Both the position numbers and the translations under genes were made by a program. The notes under the pieces were generated by a model that was not told the origin of the DNA, searched no databases, and worked only from the letters and a program-made list of their open reading frames with translations. DNA of 64,000 nt from Octopus vulgaris (Eukaryota), in contig OX597829.1 of assembly GCA_951406725.2 (NCBI GenBank), positions 26,536,001 through 26,600,000 of the forward strand. Reading direction: 5' to 3'. Shown one piece after another: positions 44,900 through 60,813 of this stretch (within the stretch, counting starts at the first letter, position 1; each line of letters starts with the position of its first letter).

Positions 44900-45386
44900 C
44901 ATACTTTATTATTAAAGTTGGAAAACCATCACAAAAAAAAATTACTTTCACGTTCTCTTTCGTCGGACAGTTGTGATTCATATATAGATAGTCAATTCAA
45001 ATGAACAACAATTCAAATAAACAAATAAAAACGATCAACATGGAGACGTGCATAAGAAATATTTTAGTTTGACGCTTGGTGAAAGGAGAGAGTTTGATGT
45101 TTCAAGCATAGCACTTCGTCTAAAAGGAGAAAGCGAATAGGCCAAAGAAGGAAAAGAAATCGCCACGGCACGTGTGTAGTAACATTACTGAAATGACCGG
45201 AAGTAGAAGGATTTTTTTTTTCTTGTTTCAGTCAGTTAACTGCGGTCGTGCGGAGCCCAGGATTTTCCTTGTTTAGATCTGTTACTTCTTTTATCGTTCG
45301 TTTTTGCTGAAGAGCTACGTTGTGGGATCGTACACACTCAAGCACCGGTTGTCAACAGTTGTGGGAGACAAACACAGTGAGAAAGA

Positions 45387-45417
<31 letters not shown>

Positions 45418-45647
45418 CATGGACTCATGGTTATATCTAATACAGAATATCAATCTTGTACTTATAACGAATATGTGTGTGTGTGTCTGTATGTATGTAT
45501 GTATGTATGCATGCATGTATGTATGTCTGCATTTTTATATCTGTGTGTATATGTATGCATGTATGCATGTATGTGTAAGTATATACATACACATATATGT
45601 ATGCATATATATCTATGCCTCTGTATACACATATATACATACATAAT

Positions 45648-45694
<47 letters not shown>

Positions 45695-45962
45695 ATATAT
45701 ATATATACCTATGTATATACATACATAAACATATACCTATAAGTATAGTTATATTTATGTATATATGCATATATTTACATCTATGTATACACACATGTCT
45801 ATGTCAATATATACGTACATATATACTTACACGCACATACATTCATACATACATAGATACCTATATACATAAAAGAGAGCGCCACCTTGAGGAATCGAGT
45901 TTAATTAATTGCAAAAGAAAGCGGCTTAGTGCAGTTTCTTGGAGATAAGATAACAGTGTCTT

Positions 45963-46042
<80 letters not shown>

Positions 46043-46174
46043 TACACAGTTGTTGACGTGGTTTCGTGTCTGTGGCATTTTGAGCTGGGCAAACAATGTG
46101 TGTACATGTGTCTGAATCTCTCTCTCTCTATATATATATGTGAGTATTTAGGTTACTGTCTGTGTATGGATATA

Positions 46175-46245
<71 letters not shown>

Positions 46246-46545
46246 GTACGTGTGTATGTTTTATATATATATGTGAGTGGGTATGAATATATATGCGTAT
46301 AGTTTTATATATAAATGTTTATGTATATATGTATATGCCTCGCTATACATATGTATGTATACGCATATCTATGTATTTATATGTATATATACAAGTGATC
46401 ATAAAGTATATAAAAAAATTGAGAAATAATGATTAATAACAATTGACTTACGTCAATTATTATCTTTTAATTCAATACAAACAGAGTGTATATTCGTGTG
46501 CATACAAATATATATATATATATACATATATATGTGTACATATAA

Positions 46546-46591
<46 letters not shown>

Positions 46592-46870
46592 TCTCTCTCT
46601 CACACACTTGTTTTAACTGTGGCCATGCTGGAGCACCACCTTTAGTCGAGCAATTCGACCCAAAGACTTATTCTTTGTAAACCTAGCATTTATTCTATCG
46701 GTATCTTTTGCCGAACCGCTAAGTTACGGGGGAGGTAAACACACCAGCATCGGTTGTCAAGCGATGTTGGGGGGACAAACACAGACACACAAACATATAT
46801 ACACATACATATATATATATCTATAAATACATACATACGACGAGCTTCTTTTAGTTTCCGTCTACCAAAT

Positions 46871-46947
<77 letters not shown>

Positions 46948-47235
46948 CATACAGACACACACACATATATATATGAATATGTATGTTTGCATGTGTGTGT
47001 GTGTGTATGTGTGTATAGCAACATGTATTATACTTCTTTGTAATACATCGCCTATGATGTGGTCAACTTGTGTATTGTCAGGTCAATAAATCCACCTTTT
47101 TCCTGAGAATGGAATACATATGATTAGATCAAACTGTTTTCATATGTTCCATTATATTTTTGTTTATCACTGTCTTTCCGACATTTAATCTGTCCTCTTT
47201 TACTGTCTCTCTTTTTTCTATCCCTATCTCTCATG

Positions 47236-47365
<130 letters not shown>

Positions 47366-47401
47366 ATATATATATGTATATATGTATATGTATATATATA
47401 T

Positions 47402-47476
<75 letters not shown>

Positions 47477-47488
47477 GTGTGTATATGT

Positions 47489-47529
<41 letters not shown>

Positions 47530-47532
<3 letters not shown>

Positions 47533-47643
47533 GGTATCTTGGTTAGATTAAAGGCAACATTGCCGCAAGGAGGTACATGTCAACGGAATAATACGCACAC
47601 ACACACACATATATATATATTGGAAAGTTTGGAGATGATGTAC

Positions 47644-47693
<50 letters not shown>

Positions 47694-47716
47694 GTACATC
47701 ATCTCCAAACTTTCCA

Positions 47717-47755
<39 letters not shown>

Positions 47756-47821
47756 CGTATTATTCCGTTGACATGTACCTCCTTGCGGCAATGTTGCCTT
47801 TAATCTAACCAAGATACCCTT
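47530..47821. repeat. Near-perfect ~290-bp palindrome centred on (TA)n
   Basis: Arms aagggtatcttggttagattaaaggcaacattgccgcaaggaggtacatgtcaacggaataatacgc...ttggaaagtttggagatgatgtacagg and its reverse complement differ only in microsatellite length. Confidence 0.97.
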
Positions 47822-47892
47822 GGCCTGAAGAGTTAACTCACTTGGATTTTTACCACGTCTGTGGTTCCACGCGCTATGAAACATATGTAGCC
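47822..47892 (+). ncRNA. Type I hammerhead candidate with long stem II (family H5), directly abutting the palindrome
   Basis: GGC-CTGAAGA-gttaac..TGGA..CCAC gtct GTGG..TCCA..gctat-GAA-ACATATGT-A-GCC. Canonical core, palindromic stem III ACATATGT, GUA triplet, 3-bp stem I. Confidence 0.75.
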
Positions 47893-48133
47893 TGGATTTC
47901 CCACACTCCATTCCGTATATATATATATATATAGACTGTGTGTAGTTAGCCAGCTGGAAGAGATGTTTTCCTGGGGCTAAAAACAACAGTAACATTGTCC
48001 TTTACAGGATTGCCAAGTTATGTTGGCATATAAACACATATACACACACACACACCCACACACACATACAAATATTATACATATATATATTTGTGTTTAT
48101 ATATATATATATATGTATGTATATATGTATGTA

Positions 48134-48173
<40 letters not shown>

Positions 48174-48210
48174 TATATTTATGCATGTATTTATGCATGT
48201 ATGCATGTAT

Positions 48211-48242
<32 letters not shown>

Positions 48243-48429
48243 TAAATGCATACATACATCTATTTATCTATACATGGTCTATCAATCTTAGTATCTATGT
48301 ATATGTAGGTCTGCTCATCTCTGTATCTATCCATGTTTCTCTCTCTTTCTCACTCTTTCTCTCTCTCTCTCCCTCTCTCTCTCCCTCTCTCCCTCTCTCT
48401 TTCTCTATCTATCTATCTATCTATCTATC

Positions 48430-48461
<32 letters not shown>

Positions 48462-49198
48462 CTATATATTTATATCTATATATATATATAAATATATAGA
48501 TAGAGAGAGAGAGAGAGAGATACATGCATATACATATATATACACACACATATAGATACACTCACACAGACACACACGCACACACACAACAACAACAACA
48601 ACAACAAATATCTATCTACCTATCCGGGGTTTTTTTTTTCTTCTGCATAGACATCTACATACTATTCTGTCTCTGGCAACCTATCTATCCATCCGTCTAT
48701 CTTTATGCGCAGCTTACAAAATATTTTCTTTCCTCATCTCTCTAAATAACAGTAATTATAATTAGGTGCCTACTTATAATGACACTGCAATAAATCACAT
48801 AATTATATATTTAATTAGGCGAGTAATCACGGATAAAACATTCTATAAACTTCAATGTCTATGTATGTGTGTGTGAGCGCTCGCGCACCTTGGTGCGTGT
48901 GCTCATGTATATATATATATATGCATGGATGTATATGTATGTATTTATTTATGTGTGTATGTATGTATGTATGTATGTATGTATGTATGTATGTATGTAT
49001 GTATGTATGTCCGTACGTATGTATGTACGTATGTATGTATGTATGTATGTATGTATGTATGTTTGTATGTTTGTATGTACGTATATATGCGTTACATGTG
49101 CATGTATGTATGCTTATATATACTTACGTATACAGGTATATATACGTATACTTTCACATTTATATGCGTGTGTGTATGTATATGTACATTAATATATA

Positions 49199-49239
<41 letters not shown>

Positions 49240-49264
49240 GTGTGTATGTATGTATATGTATATA

Positions 49265-49306
<42 letters not shown>

Positions 49307-49636
49307 TGTGCATGTATATGTATATATATATATATATATATATACACATAAATGAATACACATACATACATACGCACATGTAGAACATATGCATACGCGA
49401 ATACTTGCATAAATATGCGCATGTATATTTGTGTGTGTGTGTGTGTTTGTGTATGTACTCGTATATATTTGTATATACAGTGAGTAATAAATTTTCAATT
49501 TAAAACTATATTCATTAAGCAGCTATGTTAATTGCAATTAATCACAGGCCCTATAATGAAATTTTAACGAAAAACACAACATGAGAATGGCTGGCATGTC
49601 ACTCACATACTTGTCACAAATACACACACATACACA

Positions 49637-49725
<89 letters not shown>

Positions 49726-50056
49726 CATGTATGTATGTTTGTGTGTATGTATGTATGTATTTCTGTGTTTTGATATGTATATACGTGTATGTCTATGTCT
49801 TTTACTTACATCAGCCTTTTGGACTATGACCATACTGATGCACTCCCTTGTAGATTTTTAATCTAAGAACTCGACTGAAGCACTTATGTTTTTAATTTTG
49901 TTTAGTGAGTCTGGACACATTCAATGGATTGTTTTGACGAAGCGCAAAGTTACGTGAACGTAAACAAACAGTACGAGTTTGTCAATTTGTCAAGCGGTGG
50001 GGAGGGTTAAACGCATGCACAGGGACACATAGACACATATAAGCGAGTGTGTATAT

Positions 50057-50121
<65 letters not shown>

Positions 50122-50124
<3 letters not shown>

Positions 50125-50343
50125 CTCTTTTACTCTTTTACTTGTTTCAGTCATTTGACTGCGGCCATGCTGGAGCACCGCCTTTAGTCGAGCAAATCGA
50201 CCCCGGGACTTATTCTTTTGTAAGCCCAGTACTTATTCTATCGGTCTCTTTTGCCGAACCGCTAAGTGACGGGGACGTAAACACAACAGCATCGGTTGTC
50301 AAGCAATGCTAGGGGGACAAACACAGACACACAAACATACACA

Positions 50344-50397
<54 letters not shown>

Positions 50398-50695
50398 TAT
50401 TGAAGAGCGTAGGCTCGAAGCGTTAAAGACTTGTTTTATTTATATTTCCTGAGCGCCATACTAATACAATTGTTTGTTTGTTTTCCACCTGCCTTCGTCT
50501 TTTGTCTATTTTCATAAAGCTTCCCGTTATATATATATATATACGACGGGCTTCTTTCAGTTTCCGTCTACCAAATCCACTCACAAAGCATTGGTCGGCC
50601 TGGGGCTATAGCAGAAGATACTTGCCCAAGATGTCAAGCAGTGGGACTAACCCGGAACCATATGGTTGGTAAGCAAGCTACTTACCACACAGCCA

Positions 50696-50698
<3 letters not shown>
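50122..50698 (-). mobile_element. SINE family A young copy, interrupted at ~50400-50530 by an H1-family fragment
   Basis: Tail at 50122-50340 and head at 50540-50698 match 30411-30848. The intervening sequence begins tgaagagcgtaggctcgaagcgttaaagac. Confidence 0.88.
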
Positions 50699-50731
<33 letters not shown>

Positions 50732-51100
50732 GGTCCCGGGTTGATTCGGGGTTAACCACAGTAAATAAGGTACTCAATACATAGCAGAGTAAAATTAATT
50801 TATTATATAGAAGGAGCTTCTACAGGACTAGAACTGTTTCATTCAAGAGAAATCATATATATATATGAGTGCATGTATACACCATACATACATATATCAT
50901 TTAAATCTTACTCGTTTCAGTCATCAGACTGCGACCATGCTGGGGCACCCCACTGAATTATTTTATTCAATACATATATTTTGTAACGGATACTTATTGA
51001 ATCCGTGCATTTTGCCGAACCGCAAAGTCATGTGGACGTTAACAAAGCAAAACAAGCTGTCAAGTAGTGCCGGGTGACCACCACGTGCACAAAGATACAA

Positions 51101-51143
<43 letters not shown>

Positions 51144-51201
51144 GGGCTTCTTGCAGTTTCCATCTACCAAATCCATTCACAAAGCTTTCGTAGTCCCGAA
51201 G

Positions 51202-51251
<50 letters not shown>

Positions 51252-51618
51252 GTGTGTGTGAGTGTATGTGTGTGTGAGTGTGTGTGTGTATACATATATA
51301 TGTATATACATACATATATAACTATATATATATATATATATATGCATATATATTTATATATATACACACATACACTCACAAACACACACTCAAACATAAC
51401 CTGCTGTGATAGTAGAAGACACTTAAACCAGTAGTCGCAAAGTATGACGGAACCAGGAATCATGCGGTTGGAAAGAAAATTTGTTAACTATACACCCATT
51501 CCTACACCTGCACACATCCATGCCCGTACATACACATACACACAAACACTCACACATACATACATGCATACATTTGCATGAATGTGTTTGTATATATATA
51601 TATATGTGTACATATATC

Positions 51619-51651
<33 letters not shown>

Positions 51652-51656
51652 GTATG

Positions 51657-51702
<46 letters not shown>

Positions 51703-52513
51703 TACACGTATATATATATATGTAATTATTTACATATATACAGATTCATATATATATATATACATTCATGCTTATATATATACACACATAGACGCACATG
51801 AACATACATATATATGACACGGGTTGTGATGTAGGCGTTTTTAAGTATATTTTAATTAAATTAATTTTTGTAATTAAAAGCGATTAGTTATGCATATGAA
51901 ATACTTACAATATCTATGCATTTATGCATATAAGTGTGAATGCGTGTATGTATGCATATATGAATATATGAATATATAAATATATACATATGTATATATA
52001 TATATAAAAGTATGTATGTATATATACACACACATCTGTACGTTGCTGTGGTGGTTAAGACATTTTTTTCAGGACAACATATTTTCTGGTTTGTCCTACT
52101 GCCTCGCACTGTAAGCAGTGTCCTACACATAGTAAATATGGCAAACAGAAACTAAATTAAATCTGTTGTACATATCCAAGATTGTGTGAGTGTGTGTGCG
52201 CGCGATCACGTGTGTGTGTGTGTGTTTGTGTATGTATGTACAAGACGAGTATGGATTTCATGTAATATGTTATAATTCATAAACATTATTTATATTTATG
52301 ATGTGTCTGAAGCATATATTATTGAAACGATCGTAATGAAGGAATGAATGTAATAATATCACCCCCATTCTTGGTGGTACTATATGTATGTGTTTGTGTC
52401 TGCGTGTCTGTGTGTGTGTGTAAGTATGCATATGTATATATATGGATGGATGTATATATATATATATGCATATATATATACATACATATATATATGCATA
52501 TATATATATACAC

Positions 52514-52585
<72 letters not shown>

Positions 52586-52685
52586 CAGAAAATATGTACG
52601 TAAATGTGTATATACATATATACATATTTTCTACAGTTTTTTGCATCATGTATATATATATATGTATGTGTGTATATATAGATAT

Positions 52686-52728
<43 letters not shown>

Positions 52729-52773
52729 TACAAACAAGTACATTTATTCATATTCATACACACACACATACGT

Positions 52774-52840
<67 letters not shown>

Positions 52841-53169
52841 TATACATATATATATATATTATTACACTGTTTATATAAGAAGGCATATATAAGTAGGTGT
52901 GTATATAAACATCGGCATACAGAGGAAGTCAACACAGATACAAGCAAACAGATTTAAATGAAGTCTTAGAAAAACATGCTTGAATGTCAATGAGAGGAAG
53001 GTATACGTGTGTGTGTGTGTGTGCGTGTGCGCGCGCCTGTGTGTAGATACACACACGCACATATATATAATGGACTCTGCCGTCGATTTTGATGTACGAG
53101 AGTGTAACCCCATGTGTTCGTTGTTTTTGTTCTTTTTGTTTTGGTATTTTTTTTTTAGCTCTGATGTCT

Positions 53170-55230
53170 ATTCTTTTATAAGACCTTCATCCAGCCAATG
53201 ATTTACAGACATGTCCGCAGTCTGGACATAAGAAAGGACTGTTAGATAGAGCGGCTGGCATGTCAATTGAAGGCTTTGTCTTTACTCCCAGTTGTTAAGA
53301 TAATCCAGATGGCCTGATTCATTGTTCTTATGGCTTAATAGCAAGTCAACCTCTACTCGTTGCGATTCTATACAGATTTTTCATATGTTTCTGGGAGAAT
53401 CTTAGTGATATTCAGGTTAACTTTAAAGTTGTCCCCGTACTCTGATCTTCCTATTGTACTCTTACCATTATGGAGCTGAACATACCTAAGGACTTTTGGA
53501 ATTCTGTTATCATTCTTTCTTATGGCATGACCAATTCATCTTTATTGGGATTTCAAAAGAAAGGTTTCAATACCACTAATTTTACTTTTAAAAATTGATC
53601 AGTATTCGAAGTTCTATCACTTAGGTTGTATCCACCAATGGTCCGCCAGAATTTTTCCTGCAATACACCGGAGAGGTGGCACGTTAGTTATCGCAGACAG
53701 TTTTTCTTCCTTTTATTTTCGAAAATATGCTTTATGGATGCATCCTCGTTGCTCTGTGGTATATGTCGAACTCTCCAGATTATTTCAAAGAGCTCAAGAA
53801 CTTTCGCACCAACTCTTTAAGCACCATAATTTACGATTTCAAGTAATATACCATGAGCTTTGTTTGATAACATTTACTTTATGGCATCTTGAACCTCCTT
53901 TAAGCACAGTTTAAGAGAAAACTCCAGGATTTCTGATCTTCGAGATACGAAATGAGTTACATTATCATTGATGACTAAGTTGGAATTAAAAACAGCCTCA
54001 AAATTCTCCTGCGCTCAGGAAAGAATACGAGCATTTTCAGTCAGAAAAGTCTCGCCATCAGAAGGCTGAACAGTAGATGAACCATTTTCAAGGGAGCAAA
54101 ACAACTATTTGAAGCCTTCATAGAAAGCCTTGTTCTTCTTGTTCGTTGTTTCCTGGAGTTCAGCAGCTTTCGGTGACCACCAAGTTTTCTTCATTCTCGT
54201 AAGAGTAATTTGCATCTGCTTCTTGATTACTTTTCATGCGCGCTTATTGATTTTGGGGTGTTTAACATTGGCCAGGCCTTGTGTAAATCATGCAACCTTT
54301 TTTTAATAAGAAACTGAATATCTGCATTGCTGTCATCAAACCAATGCTGATGCTTCAACAGCAGAATTGGTTTGATGGCAGCAACTTTTTAAAATGTTTG
54401 TTGGTGGTACTCCTGGTGGATTTTCAAGATGATTCAATATCATCATTTATCTGCGCTGAATCAAGAGACGTTCCAGGTCGATGAGATAACTCTTTCTTAC
54501 TATGACTGGATTTTAATGGCAAAATATCGATGCACTTTCAGATCGACTAGTTGGATATACATTTTTTCCCCTAGCAATGCGGAAGGAACCTTTACTGCGC
54601 AAAACAGCGTGGTCTGAAAGATTAACAATTATTGTGGAAGGAACGAGTGATGTTAAAGTTTTTCATATCATGTTGCTTTGTGATTATGTAATCAATCATA
54701 TAACCAATCTTTTGTTCTCCAAATTTGCATCCAAATTGTTTTGTGGTTCGTTGTCTGTTGGTAGAAAGTGTTGCTGATTGTAAGATCAAATACTCTGCAA
54801 AGTGAAAGAAGATATAAACCATTTGAGTCCATTAACCCTGCTTCATGCGAAACAAGAATATCAGGCCATATCTTTTGCTTAGCAACAACTCGAGTTTGAA
54901 GTCTCTCGTAAACTTTATTTTTCTCCTGCCCGGGTAGAAAGCTGACTAGAAAGCGCAACAGCTGACTAAGTGCGACAGAAGTATTATTTTTTCACGTCAA
55001 AAGAAAGTACCATAATTCGGTCTGTGGCTCCAAAAGGAGGAGAAGATGGGGAATTTGCAAGTTGAGATTTGATAGCAAAGCCAACATCTGACAGACGTGG
55101 TGCTTCTTTACTTCTAACAATCCTGAAGAAAGAGTGTTCCCCACCCCCACACTCCTCCAGCTGAGAAGTACCTGCAAGACGAATTTAACAGAGTGCAGAA
55201 ATGTCAATGTTATATTTATGCAGAGCAAGA
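53170..55230 (-). pseudogene. Decayed RTE/BovB-like LINE (endonuclease, linker and deleted RT)
   Basis: Minus strand: MDSNGLYLLSLCRVFDLTISNTFYQ..HKTIW, IDYIITKQHDMKNFNITRSF, SDHAV, then LREMKKTWWSPKAAELQ..KAFYEGFK and KEVQDAIK. Many stops. Boundaries are approximate. Confidence 0.85.
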
Positions 55231-55600
55231 GATATTATTGTCGTTTTCAGTTCTGAGGTGGAATCATTGGCTTGGAGTGCATGGATATACCATGAACGAA
55301 GGTTCAATTTCTTATTACGTCACACTTTTTGTTACGTTTTTTGGACTGCAGTACTAAATGACCAGACAGTTGCTACACACTGAAAATTTAGTGGCATGGG
55401 GAGGTAATGTTCAGGGCTCCTTTTACTGCCACTACCTTTGCACAGAAAAAAAACGGTGTTATGTTTAAACATTTGGTACAATTGGTGGACACGGTCTGCA
55501 CAGTAGCTCATGGTCTTGTGCATGGACGGTCATCACTCAATAGCCGCCATATTTGTATATACATATATTGAATATATATATGTGTGTATATATATATATA

Positions 55601-55659
<59 letters not shown>

Positions 55660-55994
55660 AGAGTGTATAAAGATTTGTTCACAGAGAGAAGCCCCTTCAC
55701 AGGACTTCTTACATGCTAAAAAGGGCAATTAAACCCATACCACGAAATAAATAATTCTTAAGGCACGCTGTTAATGGCACCACTGGTAATAAATTATTTT
55801 TATTTTTTACTCTCATAATTTACACAGTATATATATGTATATGTATAGAGTGTTAGGCGTGGTGTACAGATATTGAATATTGAGAAAAAAAGGTCGCTAG
55901 AATTTTGGGGAAAAAAATATTTTAATTTATTCATTATTATTAGTGCTTTCGTTCATTTTTTGAACTTGTCAAATAATTCTGGTTATCTTTTTCT

Positions 55995-56056
<62 letters not shown>

Positions 56057-56139
56057 TTGATTACTTTCAAGAATTTTGAAAAGGATGCTCAACAATAACC
56101 GTCTTTCTCAAACTGCGAGAGACTATCATCATGCATGTA

Positions 56140-57416
56140 CGAGGTGCGATCAAAAAGTATTCCACCATTGGGCATAAGAAAAAAACAATTTTGTACATCT
56201 ATATATATTTAATTTTATCTAATCACCTTCAAAATACTCCCCTTGGGAGTTGACCCACTTCTCCCAATGATCCTGTTTCTGCTGGTTACACCACTGGAAC
56301 GCCCTCTCTAGAACGCTATGGAGCTCCACCATCGCTTTTCTCATAATTTCATCTTACGCCTGAAGTCGCTTCCCTTTCAGCATGATTTTCAGTTTGAGGA
56401 ACAGCCAGAAGTCGCACGATGCTAAGTCGGGAGAGTAAGGAAGCCCGTCGAACAAGTGGTGTGTTGTTCTTGATCAGAAAAGCAGAATGAGCGGGCGCAT
56501 TGTCGAGGTGAAGTTTCTAATTCTTCATCGCCCACATGTCTGGCAGCATCACGAAGGCAACGTATAACCTCCTGGTAGCATTCCTTATTCATTGTTTGGC
56601 CTTGTGGTACGTATTCATGATGCACGATACGACGGAAGTTGATGAAACAAGTCAACATTACATACACACTTCTGCGAACCTGTCGTACTGGTTATTGCGG
56701 ATGCTTCCTTTGGAAGGACTAGAACTTGGTTTCCAGATCGTAACCATAAACCCATGTCTCATTGCCGGTGATGATAGTCTTCATGAAGTCTGGGTTGTGG
56801 TTTGCACAGTCCAGCATATCCTGAACGATTTCCATTCGGAGTTGCTTATGCTGCTCCGCCAGTACCTTGGGTACGAATTTCACCAACACTCTCCACATGC
56901 ACAAATCCTCCGTTAAAATGGAATGCACTGATCCTGTGCTTGTTCCCACTTCAGGAGCAATTTCCTGGATTGTTACCTGACTGTCTTCTATGACCATTCG
57001 CTGAACCTTCTCAATCAGTTCTTCGTTCAGGTTTGTGGATGGCTACCCTGAGTGTGCCTTGCTCTCTACTGAGGTGCAGCCATGTCTGAATCAGTTGTAC
57101 CACTCCTTGACCTGAGATTTACCAATAAAACCATTGTCAAAGGCCAGCTGAATCTTCTGGTGAGGTTTAAGTTTGAGTATCACCAAATTATTTTCAAAAC
57201 GTGACACGTTCGTTCATCTTATGTAAAAACGTAATACTAAGGGCGCGCACTACACGCCTGTGCTCCAGGAGTAACAGTAGAGAACTGACGCATCCTACCG
57301 GGACGAACGTTTTTGTTCGTACGTAGGATGAATGACATCACCAAGAGAGTTTTCGCCTACGCAGCGACTGCTTTGGCGGGAAAAAATAAAGTCGGCTACT
57401 TTTCGAATGCACATAG
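56140..57416 (-). mobile_element. Near full-length decayed mariner element
   Basis: ORFs 56719-56997 (VTIQEIAPEVGTSTGSVHSILTEDL..KFVPKVL..IITGNETWVYGYD) and 56422-56667 (VMLTCF..IVHHEYVPQGQTMNKECY). TA-flanked imperfect TIRs cgaggtgcgatcaaaaagta and tacttttcgaatgcacatag. Confidence 0.88.
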
Positions 57417-57434
57417 TATATATAATATATATGC

Positions 57435-57547
<113 letters not shown>

Positions 57548-57830
57548 ATTTCTCTCTATATATAAATACACACATATATACACACACGCAAACATACACG
57601 CACACACGCGCGTATACATACACACATTCACACGCACACACATACACGCACGCTCACACACACATGCGCGCGCGTATATATGTATATATATATGTGTGTA
57701 TATATATGTGTGTGCGTGTGAATGTGTGTATGTATACGCGCGTGTGTGCGTGTATGTTTGCGTGTGTGTATATATGTGTGTATTTATATAGAGAGAGAAA
57801 TATACATACATACATACATACATACATACA

Positions 57831-57900
<70 letters not shown>

Positions 57901-58050
57901 ATGACTGCGAACTTTCAGCTAATCCCGTAGATTAATGTTAAATCGTTTTTATATATAACATGACATAAGAACATGTCCGTGTATATGTGTGCTTGTGTAT
58001 GCGAGTATGTATGAATAGATATATAATTATATATATATATATCATATATG

Positions 58051-58082
<32 letters not shown>

Positions 58083-58338
58083 TGTATGTATGTATGTATG
58101 TATGTATGTATGTATGTATGTATGTATGTATGTATGTATGTGCATACATACATACATACATATGTATTGACAGACTATCAAATGTTACAACCCGCTGGTC
58201 ACAACGCGTTTCCTCGAATTGCTGATGCATTCGAACGATGCCACACCGCTTGTTAGGCGGACAAACTAACGTTTATATATATATGTGTGTGTGTGTGTGT
58301 GTAAATCATGTTTGTGTATATTTGAATTTTCGTAGGTA

Positions 58339-59665
58339 CAGGGTGGGGCAGAGAGAAAGAACGTTTTTGAAAAATTCACGAAAATCATTAAGTTTAGCTG
58401 CAAACAAATTTTATTGACATCAATGTGTTCGTATTGAATTAACATTTGTCAAAATCAAGTGTGGAAAACAACATCCAGCATGTGGGGTTCGTTTTCATTG
58501 ATGCATTTCTGAAAGCGTTCTTGAAAGTCGGCCACCACTCTCTCCAGCATTGCTTTGTCGATATGGGTGACTTCCACGCGAATAGCTTCCTTCGAATCGT
58601 CCAATGTACACACGTGCCTTGAGGTTTCCCCACAAGAAATAATCACACATGGACAAATCAGGGGACCGTGGGGGGCCAAGGAATGTCAGCAAACCTGGAA
58701 ATAAGGTGGTCGCCGAAGAGGGGGCGAAGAACGTCCATTGATACTCTGGCTGTGTAAGCTGTCGCCCCATCCTGCTGAAGCCACACACGCCAAATAGGCA
58801 TACGTTTTCGTCGTAATTCAGGCACAAAGAAGTAGTTTTTCATCTCGATGTAACGCTCGGAGTTCACAGTAGTAGTGTTTTCATTATTGTCTTCAAAGAA
58901 GTAAGGACCAATCACGGCAGGTTTTCCAACAGCATGCCAGACAGTCACTTTTCGGCTGTGCAGTGGTCTTTCGTGCAGTTCTCTTGAATTTTCAAGAGTC
59001 CAATAACGACAGTTCTGTTGATTTACCATGCCATTGAAATGAAAATGAGCTTCATCACTCATTAACAAAATGAGGTTGTCATTTGCCTCAAAAATTGCTT
59101 CCGTCTTAACGTGCGAAGTTAAGCGACTGTGCATAGTCCCATGTTTTCAACTGATGCCCAATGACCAATTTGTATGGGTGGAAATGCAGGACTTCATGCA
59201 AAGTACGCCTTACCGATCGATCACCGATGCCAAGTTCAGTGGTATTCCTCCGAGCAGAGCGATTCGGACTTCGTATCAAAGCTTGTCTGACGCGTTCCAC
59301 ACTTTCCGGGGTCGGTACTGTTTGTGGCGCCACCACCAGTCTCCTATACATTAGTGTACATCGTGTACGAAGAGTATTCTCCCAGCGTAAGACGGGTGGG
59401 TTACGGGTGGGAACAGCCAGATTTCGGTGAATGTTGAAGTGACGCCGAAACTCACGCTGAACTGCTGTGACAAACTCGCTATTCTTCACGTAACTCTCGT
59501 AGGCAAACACGTGATGCTCTATCCTCCACAACGCCATGACTTCACCTGAAAAGAAAAAAAATGCTAAGACACCACGGATCGAATGGTACCTGTCGGACAT
59601 ATGTCTCTCCCCTGGCGCTGAGTAATAGCCATTTCAAAAACGTCCGTCTACTCTGCCCCACCCTG
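58339..59665 (-). mobile_element. Full-length DD41D (rosa-type) Tc1/mariner element with a frame-shifted transposase
   Basis: TA|CAGGGTGGGGCAGAG...CTCTGCCCCACCCTG|TA TIRs. ORFs 59106-59600 (HTH; AVQREFRRHF, SPNRSARR, HPYK), 58658-59134 (MSDEAHF, WLQQDGATAY) and 58495-58827 (RSPDLSMCDYFLWG). Joining across the WPP frameshift gives 41 residues between the second and third Asp. Confidence 0.93.
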
Positions 59666-59717
59666 TATATAACTGTATATGTGTATATATGTATATCTTT
59701 GCTAATATATGTATACA

Positions 59718-59829
<112 letters not shown>

Positions 59830-60418
59830 TTTTGTGTTTGTATTTGCAGCCGGTTTAGTTTGTTTTCGTCCCCGTATTTAACGGTTCGCTAAACGAAACT
59901 CATAAAATAAGTATCAAACTTCAAGAAAAAAGTAACTTAATTTGTCAGACTAAAACCCTTCATGGAGGAACCCCAGCAGGGCCACAACCCAATAACTGAA
60001 ACAAATGCAAGAAAATGTGAGTGTGTGTAAGTGTATGTGTGTGTTTGATGTCGAGTTATAACAAAAACAATTTAACATGAAACGTGACATTGAAACGCAA
60101 GTCTGCAAGCAGAAACTCTGACATCATTTTCACCCATCTTCTTGTAAAATTATAACATATATGTATATCATTTTATGACTTTATGGACCAGACTAAGCGC
60201 ATTGTGACCGGCAGTATGTAGCATCACTCCGCTAGTCACAATATTTTAGTTTTCGAATATCACCACTGGTTAGGTGGACAGGCTTACTCAATTACTGTGG
60301 GTGCACTGAAACAACGTCAAATAGGGTGTTTTGCCCCAGAACACAGCGCACCGCTGCTCCGGGAATCGAAACCACGATCTAGCGATCGTGAGCGTGACAC
60401 TCTATTAGGCCGCGCACC

Positions 60419-60481
<63 letters not shown>

Positions 60482-60773
60482 GCACACACTCACACACACT
60501 CTCGCACATGTATGTATGTATGTATGTATGTATGTACGTACATATGTATGTATGTATGTAAGTATATATGTATGTATGTATGCATGCATGCATGTATGTA
60601 TGTATGTATGTATGTATGTATGTATGTATGTATGCATGTATGTATGTATGTATGTAAATATATATGTACGCATGCATGCATGCATACATGCATGTATGTA
60701 TGTATGTATGTATGTATGTATGTATGTATGTATGTATGTATGTATGTATGTATGTATGCATGTATGTATGTAA

Positions 60774-60813
<40 letters not shown>

